Positions 1 to 9,522 of a stretch of DNA of 64,000 bases are shown here, piece by piece; the stretch's first letter is position 1; each line of letters opens with the position of its first letter. The stretch comes from a bacterium (GTDB lineage: Bacteria; Patescibacteriota; Dojkabacteria; GCA-016699595; JBAXKR01). The notes beneath the pieces were generated by a model. The model was not told where the DNA came from. It did no database searches and saw only the letters and a program-made list of their open reading frames with translations. Where the stretch lies: the NCBI GenBank assembly GCA_037131125.1, contig JBAXRR010000001.1, positions 7,345 through 71,344 on the forward strand, written 5' to 3'. Made by a program: the position numbers and the translations under genes.

Positions 1-328
1 TATTTCTAATTACAATTCCACCTTTAACTTTTGCATCTATTGCATAGTTGAATATGAGGCTAGCTGTGGTTATCTTTTTAGTTACGACAGATTCAAGTTT
101 TTCAACTTGTTTAGAATCTAGTTTAGTTGCAGATAGAACTTCAATGATTAAGTTTTCTTTTGTTAATATCTTTTTGTATTCTTCAAATACCTTATCTATA
201 TCTGATCCTTGAATGTTCTTAATGATGCTAAAAAGAATTAAACCGGAATCTTCAAATCCAGCCTTTTTAAATCTCTTTAGATCAAGATAAACATCCTTTG
301 CTAAGGTTTTGTATTTATCGTTTGCCAT
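1..328 (-). CDS. atpH: ATP synthase F1 delta (OSCP) subunit, 3' end outside the window (partial)
   Basis: Reverse-strand ORF starts with ATG at 326-328 (MANDKYKTLAKDVYLDLKRF...) directly downstream of atpF and runs off the window start. The C-terminal part ...IDAKVKGGIVIRN resembles the E. coli delta motif IDKSVMAGVIIRAGD. Gene order atpB-atpE-atpF-atpH is conserved. The track omits it because no stop codon lies inside the window. Confidence 0.7.
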   Translation of the reverse strand, partial: MANDKYKTLAKDVYLDLKRFKKAGFEDSGLILFSIIKNIQGSDIDKVFEEYKKILTKENLIIEVLSATKLDSKQVEKLESVVTKKITTASLIFNYAIDAKVKGGIVIRN

Positions 329-347
329 ATATTTATATACTTAACTA

Positions 348-830
348 TTACTCTATTCTAGAAATTGCTTTATCTATGATTTTTGAATCTAGTTTCTCAA
401 CTTTTTCATCCCAAAGCTTTTCTACTGCAACCTTTACAGATTTTTCAATTTCATTCTTCATATTTGCCTCAAGATCTGCTCTTTCTTGTTCAAGTCTCTT
501 CATAGCACCATCTACTATCTGTTTAGATTCAGAGTTAGCGTTTAAGATAATCTTTTCTCTCTCAGTAAGTCCAGATTTCTTAGCTTTCTCTAAGATTTCA
601 TCAGTTTGAGACTTAGTTTCATCAAACTTAAGTTTAATTTCTTCCTCAAGTTTAATCATCCTTTCCTCAAGTTCTTTTGAAGTCTTAGCATTCTTCTCTA
701 TTTCTTCTCTTCTTTTGTCCATGTTCTTAATGACACCAGATAGAAGAAACTTATCTAGAATGACGTAAAGTACAGCAATTAATATGATATAGATTATTAT
801 CGTAATTGGATTTATTCCAAATGCGTCCAT
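348..830 (-). CDS. atpF: ATP synthase F0 subunit b
   Basis: 160 aa with one N-terminal TM helix followed by a long charged coiled-coil of EEIEK/KLEEE repeats. It sits between atpE and atpH. Confidence 0.85.
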   Translation of the reverse strand: MDAFGINPITIIIYIILIAVLYVILDKFLLSGVIKNMDKRREEIEKNAKTSKELEERMIKLEEEIKLKFDETKSQTDEILEKAKKSGLTEREKIILNANSESKQIVDGAMKRLEQERADLEANMKNEIEKSVKVAVEKLWDEKVEKLDSKIIDKAISRIE

Positions 831-843
831 TTTTGTTTTGTTA

Positions 844-1062
844 TTAGATAATTATAGATACAACTAGGGAAATGATTGCAATACCTTCTGCAAATGCTAA
901 AGGCAAAATCATAGCACCTCTAATTTTTGCATCAGCATCTGGGTTTCTACCAATTGCTTCCATTGCTTTTGAACCAGTCATACCAAGTGCTAGTGCAGGT
1001 CCTAAGCTTGCAAATGCAACGGCAATACCTTTTGCCAAGAATTTTATTGCTTCGTTATCCAT
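844..1062 (-). CDS. atpE: ATP synthase F0 subunit c (proteolipid)
   Basis: 72-aa hairpin protein with the c-subunit loop GRNPDA and a conserved acidic residue in helix 2 (LAFAEGIAI). Confidence 0.9.
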   Translation of the reverse strand: MDNEAIKFLAKGIAVAFASLGPALALGMTGSKAMEAIGRNPDADAKIRGAMILPLAFAEGIAIISLVVSIII

Positions 1063-1092
1063 GTAAATATGTTAAAAAATATAAATAAAACT

Positions 1093-2010
1093 TTAATGAT
1101 GTTGTTCTTCGACTGCAAGACCTGTAAAACTTGTCGTTAAGACAAAGAATACATAAGCTTGTACGAATCCAACAAATAACTCTAATATTAAGAAAGGAAT
1201 TGAAACAACTCCCTTTGCAAGATTAAACATAACCATAAGGAGTACTTCTCCTGCAAATACATTACCAAACATCCTGAAGCTAAAAGATAATATCTTTGCT
1301 GCTTCTAGTATAGTCTCTAAGATGCCAACAAAGAAATTAATTATGCTATTAGCATTAAGTGGGAAAGATAAGTTCAAATATTTCTTTAAGTATTTCTTTC
1401 CATTTATCTTAAATCCAAAGTAGTTAGTTACGAATAGAGATAGTAAAGCAAATGCTATTGTTCCATTTAAGTCGGATGTCATAGGTCTAAATACAGGAAC
1501 TAACGTTCTACTCTCTCCAATCTTTTCTAATTTCATTGTTTCGAAGTTTAATGCACATGGAGTTCCTAAACACTCTAGTATGCTAGAAGGAGATTCTACT
1601 ACTGGTTTAACCTCATGAGTACTTTCAGCTGCAACAGTAGTTTCTGTATTAGTTTTCTTTGTAGTTGAAACAACAACAGGTTTTTCTTCAATTACCCCTA
1701 ATGGTCCTGTTATTGGCAATAGTCCTGACCAATTAGAAAGTATTACTAAAAAGAAAAATGTAAGTGTTAGAGGGAATATCATCTTAGAAGGCTTAATTCC
1801 CATACTATTAATAGAGGTCTCTCTGAGAGATCCTATTACATATTCAAGGAATAACTGAAACTTAGAAGGCTTAGAGTAACTAATAGTTTTCCCAACTATT
1901 ACTGCTAGAACACATAAAATAGATACTAATATAATAGTGGTGAATAGCGAATTGGTAACTGGGTAACCTAATACTGTAAATATTTTTTCTGCAGATAATG
2001 AAAACTCCAT
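1093..2010 (-). CDS. atpB: ATP synthase F0 subunit a, with an extended ~70-aa T/V/E/P-rich loop insertion
   Basis: Carries the a-subunit motifs NWSGLLP, RPMTSDLNGT and FRMFGNVFAGE (the essential Arg region). It is 305 aa against a typical ~240-270; the extra segment PVVVSTTKKTNTETTVAAESTHEVKPVVESPSS lies between helix 2 and helix 3. Confidence 0.85.
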   Translation of the reverse strand: MEFSLSAEKIFTVLGYPVTNSLFTTIILVSILCVLAVIVGKTISYSKPSKFQLFLEYVIGSLRETSINSMGIKPSKMIFPLTLTFFFLVILSNWSGLLPITGPLGVIEEKPVVVSTTKKTNTETTVAAESTHEVKPVVESPSSILECLGTPCALNFETMKLEKIGESRTLVPVFRPMTSDLNGTIAFALLSLFVTNYFGFKINGKKYLKKYLNLSFPLNANSIINFFVGILETILEAAKILSFSFRMFGNVFAGEVLLMVMFNLAKGVVSIPFLILELFVGFVQAYVFFVLTTSFTGLAVEEQHH

Positions 2011-2089
2011 AAATTAATTTTTTAACTCTAAAATTTCGCCGAACAGAAAGAGTATACCTCAAGAACTCAACTTATGTAAACCCTTATCC

Positions 2090-2440
2090 CTACTTTAGCT
2101 TACCTTTTCTAAATGCTCCCCTAATTAGTTTGTATGCTTCTCTTTTCTCAGGCTTGTAAATCAAGTAAACACCTATTAATGTTTTGCATTTGGGACATTC
2201 AAGATTTGGGGGACAGGAATCTTTAAAGTTTTCAGGCCATATGATTCTATCTAAGTAAGTTCTTTGTAATGAACCTATTCCATCTTTTTGGTAAATAAGG
2301 ACCCTTTCGTTACATTTAGCACAGTGTATATCTAATATCTGAGTATTACCTCCCCTGCTTCTTCTGAAGTTATCTTTTTTAATATCAAAATCTTTGAGCT
2401 TTAGTTCTATCTCTTCCATAATATATATTATACATCTCAA
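2090..2440 (-). CDS. hypothetical zinc-ribbon protein (CxxC...CxxC)
   Basis: Four Cys arranged HCAKCN...ECPKCK. There is no other recognisable domain. The likely true start is the internal MEEIELKL. Confidence 0.4.
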   Translation of the reverse strand: MRCIIYIMEEIELKLKDFDIKKDNFRRSRGGNTQILDIHCAKCNERVLIYQKDGIGSLQRTYLDRIIWPENFKDSCPPNLECPKCKTLIGVYLIYKPEKREAYKLIRGAFRKGKLK

Positions 2441-2509
2441 ATATATTTGAAAGAATTCAATTCATATGTTAATACATTGAAATAAAATATTTATTTTTTC
2501 TTAATCTCT

Positions 2510-3016
2510 ATGGAAGATCTACATCGTGTCGTACTTTTGCCTGTTTATAATAATGAATTAGTCTTACTGGGTAATAATCCCAGTGAAGGAAGACACAGAG
2601 GTCTTTATGGTCTTCCAGGAGGAGAATATAACCGTAGGGTAGATAATAAAGCAATAGTGGAAGCTATTGAGGCTGTTAGGCTTAGAATAGGACTGGAGTC
2701 TGTGTTTGGAGGGTATATAGGAAGTTTAGAAACGCAACTCTCCCGAAATGGAACACAAACTCATATACATCTTGTTGGAGTGAATGGAAGCAGTTGTATT
2801 CCAAGTGAATTAGATTTTGAAAGTTCAAATATGTCCCCACTCCCAACTATAGTCTCTGATTCTATGTTTTTATGTAATGCACGTTTAGAAGGAATACATG
2901 GGTTACTTCGAAACGTAAGGGAAAATCGATATGGAATTCAACTTACTCCAATTACTCATCAATTGTTATTTTCTTTAGCAGGAAATATAATCAGCTTTAT
3001 ATCAAGACAAAATTAA
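2510..3016 (+). CDS. Nudix-fold-like protein with a degenerate Nudix box (possibly inactive)
   Basis: LLPVYNNELVLLG...GLYGLPGGE resembles the Nudix N-terminal strands and the LPGG loop. The downstream REUxEE catalytic box is not conserved. Local GC is higher than the surroundings. Confidence 0.3.
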   Translation: MEDLHRVVLLPVYNNELVLLGNNPSEGRHRGLYGLPGGEYNRRVDNKAIVEAIEAVRLRIGLESVFGGYIGSLETQLSRNGTQTHIHLVGVNGSSCIPSELDFESSNMSPLPTIVSDSMFLCNARLEGIHGLLRNVRENRYGIQLTPITHQLLFSLAGNIISFISRQN

Positions 3017-3049
3017 TGAAAGCTGGATGTTCACTATTTTATTTTACTG

Positions 3050-4381
3050 TTATCTCGTTAACTTTTTTTCCTGAACAACTGGATTAACGGTGGGTATAAC
3101 TTTCTTACTTCCTAACTTTTTTGCCTTATACAATCTGTAGAGAAGTATTGCCTTGATTGTAATAGCAGTAGCTCCTATTAATCCTACTATTATTAATATC
3201 CATGAATTGTTTTGTGGCTTTACTGTTGTTTCAGTTGCGTTGAAATTTACTTTTTCGACTTTCCCTTTTGCAACAGTAGGTGCGGAACTTTCTGATGAAG
3301 ATAATGATCCAGATGAAATAGTAGTGCTTGTACTTGAAGTCCTACTTGAACTAGTAATAGAACTTTCTGAACTATTTGGATCATATCCTAAACAACAGCC
3401 ATCATCTTCAAATGTATCTGGAACTCCTACCATCTGACTAATGTTTCCGGAGTTATCTATTACACGAATGTATAATATTCCTATATCTCCTAGATTAGTT
3501 TCAATGTATTTATTGACATAAGAACTGTCATATTTCCTAACATTATCTACGAATTCCCAATTTTGAGCTATCTGGATTTCTTTGACTCCAGTTTCTTTTT
3601 CCGTAACGCTATCTATTTTCCATTTAATAATATTTGGATTTGTTGGATCAATTGCGTATGTTACTTTGTCGATTTCTGGAGCAATAGTGTCCATTCTAAA
3701 TGTCAGAGTACTCATATTGCTCTTATTTCCCATTTCATCATATCCCATACAGTATATTGTATTTACATCTGTGGAATTATATTGTTTATCTGTTAGATTA
3801 ATTTTAAAATCACTTGGCGATTCGTATGGAAATTTCGCATAAGATTCTACATCAGAAAGCTTATCAGTACATCCAAAAGATTTAACGGTGGTATATTGAT
3901 CTGTGATACTTCCTCCTAAGTTTACTATGTAACTACTTTTACTTATCCAAGCTGGAATTGTAACAGTACTTACTGGACCACTTAAGTCTATAGTAAAACT
4001 CTGTGAACCAACGATAACCATATCTGTGCCAGTATATCCTGGAGAGTAACTATCTAATATTCCTTTTACGTATAGAGTATATTTTCCTTCAGCTGGAAAA
4101 GTATATGTACCTTGGAAGTATGCGGTTGTTGCTACATTCTGAGTGAAGTTACTATCTGTAGCTAATACTATTGATTTAACAAAGTAACCAATAGAACCAA
4201 TTATAAGTGGCTCACTGTACGTAAAGATATCTACAGTTTTGCTTCCGGATTTAATCTCAGGAGTAGTTTTCTTTTCAATCATTTCAACAATATCTTTATA
4301 GAATGTTATTGGATGAGGATTAACAGTTTCTGCTTTAACACTTTGAGGGAAGATTAATAGAATTACAAATGCGACAATCAC
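3050..4381 (-). CDS. secreted or surface-anchored protein with a Ser/Thr-rich stalk and a C-terminal TM anchor
   Basis: The N-terminal signal peptide is MIVAFVILLIFPQSVKA. A low-complexity stalk SSESSITSSSRTSSTSTTISSGSLSSSESS follows. The C-terminal hydrophobic helix WILIIVGLIGATAITIKAILLY is followed by a basic tail RLYKAKKLGSKK. Confidence 0.55.
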   Translation of the reverse strand: MIVAFVILLIFPQSVKAETVNPHPITFYKDIVEMIEKKTTPEIKSGSKTVDIFTYSEPLIIGSIGYFVKSIVLATDSNFTQNVATTAYFQGTYTFPAEGKYTLYVKGILDSYSPGYTGTDMVIVGSQSFTIDLSGPVSTVTIPAWISKSSYIVNLGGSITDQYTTVKSFGCTDKLSDVESYAKFPYESPSDFKINLTDKQYNSTDVNTIYCMGYDEMGNKSNMSTLTFRMDTIAPEIDKVTYAIDPTNPNIIKWKIDSVTEKETGVKEIQIAQNWEFVDNVRKYDSSYVNKYIETNLGDIGILYIRVIDNSGNISQMVGVPDTFEDDGCCLGYDPNSSESSITSSSRTSSTSTTISSGSLSSSESSAPTVAKGKVEKVNFNATETTVKPQNNSWILIIVGLIGATAITIKAILLYRLYKAKKLGSKKVIPTVNPVVQEKKLTR

Positions 4382-4518
4382 AAAAGAAAATACCCCAATT
4401 TTTTATTCATGCACACTTCATAAAATATATTAGCATAAATATATTGGAAGAATTTATACACTTGGGAATTAATTGCTAGTGGCCGATTCTCTATTTCTAT
4501 TCTGCAAAGCATTCAAGC

Positions 4519-4965
4519 TTATTTCGTTTCTTCGGATAAATATTCAATCATGTCTTTAAATGCAGTGTCGCCTTCTGGTCTCATATAATCTACTGCGTTC
4601 CCGAATTGCTCACATCCTATTGCAACTTCTGCGATGCACTGATTTATACATTTGCTAGTCAAGATTAAATCTCTTAACTCTATTTTCCCTTTATCACTCA
4701 ATACTGCTGTGGTTCCGTAAAGTGCTCTTAATTCATCTCTAGGCATTCCATTTTTTATTGCACACTTATCAGGTAAATCTTTAACGATTTCTCTTGAAGG
4801 CATAACTCTTACTATATGATCATTAATTGTTGCCGGATACATACTGTCAGTATAGCGGCCAAATGCTACCTCACCAGTTAAAGCTAATGTGACAATTCTA
4901 ATTCCAGATGTTTTTCCTTCATATTTTTCTTGAATTGCTCTTGAACTTTCAGTATCTCCTGCCAT
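4519..4965 (-). CDS. hypothetical protein (148 aa), family not recognised
   Basis: Clean ORF with an AT-rich upstream region. I could not assign a family; I considered MogA, MgsA and PanD and was not convinced by any. Confidence 0.4.
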   Translation of the reverse strand: MAGDTESSRAIQEKYEGKTSGIRIVTLALTGEVAFGRYTDSMYPATINDHIVRVMPSREIVKDLPDKCAIKNGMPRDELRALYGTTAVLSDKGKIELRDLILTSKCINQCIAEVAIGCEQFGNAVDYMRPEGDTAFKDMIEYLSEETK

Positions 4966-5146
4966 TATTATTGAGTAAAAAATAGTAAAGAGATTGTACT
5001 CTTATGTGGTAGGGCTATCAATAAGTGTTGGGAAAAATCCTATTTTTTTCTCGCTTTAAGATAAGGAGAAATCTAGTTGTGAAAATGTTAATATTCATAA
5101 GATGTTCACAAGTGTTTCTAATTATTACTTTGTAAGTTAAGAAATT

Positions 5147-6967
5147 ATGTGTGGAATTGTAGGATTTAGTGGTAAAAACGAAAAAATGTTACATTCAATG
5201 CTAGGTACTATTGAGCATCGTGGTCCAGATGGTGAGGGAATGGAAGTTAATAACTTCTTTAGTATTGGAATGAGAAGACTTGCAATTATAGATCCAAATG
5301 GTGGATGGCAACCTATATATAACAAGGATAAGAGTGTATGTATAGTTTTTAATGGAGAGATATATAACTATCAAGAAGTCTGGAAAGAACTTCAAACACT
5401 TGGATATGAATTCTCAACTGATCATAGTGATACCGAGACTATACTTCATGGATATGAAGAATGGGGAGTATATGTGTTAAATAAGATCAAAGGAATGTTT
5501 GCATTTGCAATATGGGATTCTCGAATCCAAAAACTCTTTATTGCAAGAGATCGACTCGGAATTAAACCACTCTACTACTACAATGAGAATGGAAAGTTTG
5601 TATTTGGATCTGAAATTAAAGCACTGCTTGTAACCAATCTAATTCATAGAGAATATGATGAAGAAACTTTAATGAAGTTTCTTATGTTTAGAGTTCATGA
5701 CTCAACTGAGCAGACGTTCTTTAAAGGAATTAAAAGACTCCAACCTGGTCATTACATGATTGTTGGTGAAAATGGTATAGAAGGGATTAAGAAATATTGG
5801 AATCCTACATTTAATCCTAATTTCAAATCTGAAAAGACCGATGATGAATATGCAAAAGAGTTCTACGATTTATACAAATCCACTATTAAAAGACACATTA
5901 TTTCAGATGTTCCAGTTGGAGTTTCTCTTTCTGGTGGATTAGATTCTAGCGGAGTTGTATCTGTAATGAGAGAACTCATGCTTGAAGGATCGGATCTTCA
6001 TACATCAGGAAAGTTATTTACCTTCTCTGCTCTTTATCCAGGGAAAAGTATAGATGAAAGTAAATATATTAATGAAGTGGAAAGATATGTAGAGAGTACT
6101 CCTGAATATGCATATCCAAGTGTAGATAAGTTTTGGGAAGAAATAAATGAATGGATAATTACTCAAGAAGAACCAACCATATCTTCAGCTCCATATGCAT
6201 ATTACTCTGTGTATAGAAAAGCTTCTGAATTTGTAAAAGTAATGCTTTCAGGAAATGGTGGAGATGAACTTTTAGCTGGATATCTTCCATACTTTAAGTC
6301 GTATGCTACTTCTGCAATTAACCAAGGAGAATACATTCCACTTGCAAGGGAACTTGTTAAGTCTTTCGGAATATATGGAAAGTATTTAGGAGAATTAGTT
6401 TCATCTAAGCTCTCCTCAAAATCTAACCTATTGTCGATGAAAGATTTTCTCTTAGAAGAGAAGAAGAAGTATAAATACAATTACAAATCTTCAGATAATT
6501 TAAATGAAAGACTATTTAATGATGTTACACAGTACTCTACTCCTAACCTTCTTCGTTATGAGGATAAGAATTCAATGGCGTTTTCAATTGAATCTAGAGT
6601 TCCATTTCTAGATAGCGATTTAGTTGAATATATATTTAATCTTCCAATAGACCAGAAGATTAAAAATGGTTGGACAAGATATGTATACAGAAATGCAATG
6701 AAGGGACATATGCCTGAACTAAACAGGTTGAGACGAAGTAAGATTGGCTTTACCAATCCAGAACAAGGTTGGATGAGAGATAAGGGAGACATTATTCTTT
6801 CTATCTTTGAATCTGACCTATTTAAATCCAGAGGAATATATGACACTAATGCTGTTGTCTCTATGTTTAAAAAATGGATAATTAATCCTGATGCAATTCA
6901 AGGAGATGGATTAATATTTTGGAGAATATTAGTTACTGAGCTTTGGATGAGAAATTATCTTGATTAA
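5147..6967 (+). CDS. asnB: asparagine synthetase, glutamine-hydrolysing
   Basis: Starts MCGIVGF (Ntn-amidotransferase catalytic Cys2). It has the PP-loop SLSGGLDSS of the synthetase domain and is 606 aa. Confidence 0.9.
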   Translation: MCGIVGFSGKNEKMLHSMLGTIEHRGPDGEGMEVNNFFSIGMRRLAIIDPNGGWQPIYNKDKSVCIVFNGEIYNYQEVWKELQTLGYEFSTDHSDTETILHGYEEWGVYVLNKIKGMFAFAIWDSRIQKLFIARDRLGIKPLYYYNENGKFVFGSEIKALLVTNLIHREYDEETLMKFLMFRVHDSTEQTFFKGIKRLQPGHYMIVGENGIEGIKKYWNPTFNPNFKSEKTDDEYAKEFYDLYKSTIKRHIISDVPVGVSLSGGLDSSGVVSVMRELMLEGSDLHTSGKLFTFSALYPGKSIDESKYINEVERYVESTPEYAYPSVDKFWEEINEWIITQEEPTISSAPYAYYSVYRKASEFVKVMLSGNGGDELLAGYLPYFKSYATSAINQGEYIPLARELVKSFGIYGKYLGELVSSKLSSKSNLLSMKDFLLEEKKKYKYNYKSSDNLNERLFNDVTQYSTPNLLRYEDKNSMAFSIESRVPFLDSDLVEYIFNLPIDQKIKNGWTRYVYRNAMKGHMPELNRLRRSKIGFTNPEQGWMRDKGDIILSIFESDLFKSRGIYDTNAVVSMFKKWIINPDAIQGDGLIFWRILVTELWMRNYLD

Positions 6968-7028
6968 TAAATTCACTGGAATATATTCCAGATGAAATAT
7001 TACATACTATATATATTATGTTTACTAC

Positions 7029-7700
7029 ATGGAAAAGATAAGAGAAGTTTCAGAGGGTAAGTTTGAAAGAGTTCCTGTTAAAACTCATCTAATACATATT
7101 AAAGAAGATTTTCTTCCAATTGTTGAAAAGTATGTAGTTCCTTTATATAAAAAGGGTGACTTTATAGCCATATCTGAAAAAGTCATAACTATAACACAAG
7201 GAAGAGTTGTTCATATGTCAGCAGTTCATCCAGGCCTTCTTGCTAAGCTTGTAGTTAAGGGCGTAAAGAAATATGAATTTGATATTGGTTATTCACATCC
7301 AGCAAAGATGCAAGTTGCAATTATGCAAGCTGGTTGGTGGAGAGTATTCTTCGCCATGATAGGAGGATCCATAACTAGATTATTTGGTAGACATGGAGAT
7401 TTCTACAGAATTGCAGGACATAGAATATCTGAGATAGATGGATTCAATCCCCATGCAATGGCACCATTTAATGAATTTGCAATGCTAGGACCAGATAAAC
7501 CTTCTGAATTTTGCCAGACTATTGAAGATAAATTTGGAATACCATCTGTAATTATTGATGGTAACAATATTAATGTAGAAGTATTAGGACTAAGTAAACG
7601 AGTTGGTTATACAAAGGCTGAAGTAAGAGATATTCTATTAGACAATCCAATGGGACAAGATGATGAAATGACTCCTGTTGTAATTATTAGGAAAATATAA
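7029..7700 (+). CDS. CofE / F420-0:gamma-glutamyl ligase-like domain protein
   Basis: KGDFIAISEKVITITQGR resembles the CofE-family DGDvlVvsqKivSKaEGR segment, and a later ...SEIDGFNP... resembles GIDASN. It is directly adjacent to the next gene (stop at 7698-7700, GTG start at 7701). Confidence 0.4.
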   Translation: MEKIREVSEGKFERVPVKTHLIHIKEDFLPIVEKYVVPLYKKGDFIAISEKVITITQGRVVHMSAVHPGLLAKLVVKGVKKYEFDIGYSHPAKMQVAIMQAGWWRVFFAMIGGSITRLFGRHGDFYRIAGHRISEIDGFNPHAMAPFNEFAMLGPDKPSEFCQTIEDKFGIPSVIIDGNNINVEVLGLSKRVGYTKAEVRDILLDNPMGQDDEMTPVVIIRKI

Positions 7701-8252
7701 GTGACAAAGATCACTAGTCTTGGATATACCTTCAAAGAGGTAGATGGAAAATACCAATTGTGTTTAGGTGAAATTAAAAAGGAAGGTTTTTCAAAAGGTT
7801 TCTATAATGGATTTGGTGGTAAAGTTGGAGATAAGATTAAAGATGAGACAGTAGAAAGTGGTTTAGTAAGAGAAGCAATGGAGGAATTTTCAATTACACT
7901 TCGAGAGTTTAGTAAGAAAGCTATTGTAAATTTTTATTCCCAAGATAAAACTAATCCAGATGTTACCACTCATGTATTTTTTGTAAAATCTTGGCTAGGA
8001 AGTCCTTCTGAAAGCGAAGAGATTAAACCTGAGTGGTTTGATTTAGATAAGATCCCATATGACAAGATGTGGGCAAGTGATAAATATTGGTTAAGCGACA
8101 TACTGAAATTAAGTTTTGACGATTACTTCAAAAAGTCAGACATTATGATTTATGATATTCTTTCTGATCCAAAAGATTGGAATATGGTCATTAGTGTTAA
8201 GAGATATGGTACTGATCACAATAATGTTATGGAAATCCCACTTTCTAACTGA
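7701..8252 (+). CDS. Nudix hydrolase, MTH1/NUDT1-like
   Basis: Complete Nudix box G-x5-E-x7-RE-U-x-EE in GDKIKDETVESGLVREAMEEFSI. The preceding GFGGKV matches the MTH1-type GFGGKVQEGE. Confidence 0.7.
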   Translation: MTKITSLGYTFKEVDGKYQLCLGEIKKEGFSKGFYNGFGGKVGDKIKDETVESGLVREAMEEFSITLREFSKKAIVNFYSQDKTNPDVTTHVFFVKSWLGSPSESEEIKPEWFDLDKIPYDKMWASDKYWLSDILKLSFDDYFKKSDIMIYDILSDPKDWNMVISVKRYGTDHNNVMEIPLSN

Positions 8253-8311
8253 TTTACAAATATAGTACATCGTGTTACTATGTATCCACACTAACCTATT
8301 ACCCAATTCTC

Positions 8312-9460
8312 ATGCCGGAAGTCAGTGTGGAAGGATCTAAAAGTTTTACAAAATTGTTTTATCAGAACTTATTTGAACTGGGAAACCATTTTGAAATTCG
8401 ATATTCATCAATGACCTACGACGAATTTGAACATGAGGAGTTCAGAGAGTATTACGCAGCGTATGCAATGGCTGGAAAAGATTTTGATAAATTTATAATT
8501 CTTTTTAATAGAAAAGATGCGTCAGTACTGGATCGGTCTTTTGTAAATTCTGGATATATGGAAAGAATGGTGTCTGGTGATTTGTTTGATCAGACTGGAG
8601 AAGAAGACAATGAGAACTTGTTTAAGTATTATTCAATGAAAATCTCAACCGCGATAGGTATATATGCAATCCGAGAACATATGATGGCGCTTTATTCAGG
8701 GAAAGAAGACAGTAAGTTGTACAAAAGTGCAGTAAAGCTTATTAATGAAAGAAGCATTTCACCAGAAAGTTGGTTGCCACTTATGCAAAAGGTAGTGGAA
8801 GAAAATCCTGACGATGCAATTGCACCTCATGTACTAAGTACAATGGAATCTATTATTGATAATGATCCTAGAAAACTTGTCGCGTCAATGTCTGTTCTCT
8901 TCTCCATATTCCATTGGACTGGATCAGTTCTTGAAGAAGCGTTCAATCCTTATGATAAAAAGTCTTGTCCTAATATATATTCTTGTATTTTATCTCTTGG
9001 TCCATCTTTCCCTATACTGACTCCAGAGAAATTTGAAACTGGATACAGGTTCCTTCTAGACAGAAAATCTGAATTTGCAAATTGGGCAATTGCAAATAAA
9101 CGTTATAATATTAGTTCTGCTTCTAAATATATAAGTGACGAAATGCAACTATATAGTCTATTGCATGAAGCTGTTAACTTAGGAGAGGAATATGTTGATG
9201 CTCTTTTTAGAGTCTTACCGGCTTATTGTAAAATTCAGGATCTTTATCTTTTACAAGTATGGGGTAATGATTATTCTACTAAACCAGAGTTATGCTCACT
9301 CATTATCTCTAAGATTGTCCAGTTTTATCCAAATGAAGATATATATTTTTTAATTAACGATTTTCTTACCCCAGATTTCTTAAAACATGGAAGTAAAGAT
9401 GCAGAAGAAAATAAGCAACTGTTTGAAGAACTTTATGCAAAAAAGAAAAGTGCAAATTAA
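8312..9460 (+). CDS. hypothetical protein (382 aa)
   Basis: Long ORF on the same strand as the two upstream genes, about 60 bp downstream, probably in the same operon. No recognisable motif. Confidence 0.4.
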   Translation: MPEVSVEGSKSFTKLFYQNLFELGNHFEIRYSSMTYDEFEHEEFREYYAAYAMAGKDFDKFIILFNRKDASVLDRSFVNSGYMERMVSGDLFDQTGEEDNENLFKYYSMKISTAIGIYAIREHMMALYSGKEDSKLYKSAVKLINERSISPESWLPLMQKVVEENPDDAIAPHVLSTMESIIDNDPRKLVASMSVLFSIFHWTGSVLEEAFNPYDKKSCPNIYSCILSLGPSFPILTPEKFETGYRFLLDRKSEFANWAIANKRYNISSASKYISDEMQLYSLLHEAVNLGEEYVDALFRVLPAYCKIQDLYLLQVWGNDYSTKPELCSLIISKIVQFYPNEDIYFLINDFLTPDFLKHGSKDAEENKQLFEELYAKKKSAN

Positions 9461-9522
9461 TGCATATTGCTTTTATTGTTAATCCTTACTAGCATTATAC
9501 TGTTAATTATTTTGAATCTCAT

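Noticed and set aside
298-609. 103-aa + strand ORF
   Set aside because: It lies wholly antisense to atpF, the product is low-complexity and hydrophobic, and the atpF reading frame has clear family motifs.
872-1066. 64-aa + strand ORF
   Set aside because: It is antisense to the well-supported atpE c-subunit gene.
3153-3842. Three + strand ORFs (94, 77 and 86 aa) inside 3050-4381
   Set aside because: They are antisense shadows of the secreted-protein gene, mirror its Ser/Thr-rich low complexity, and have no starts with a plausible context.
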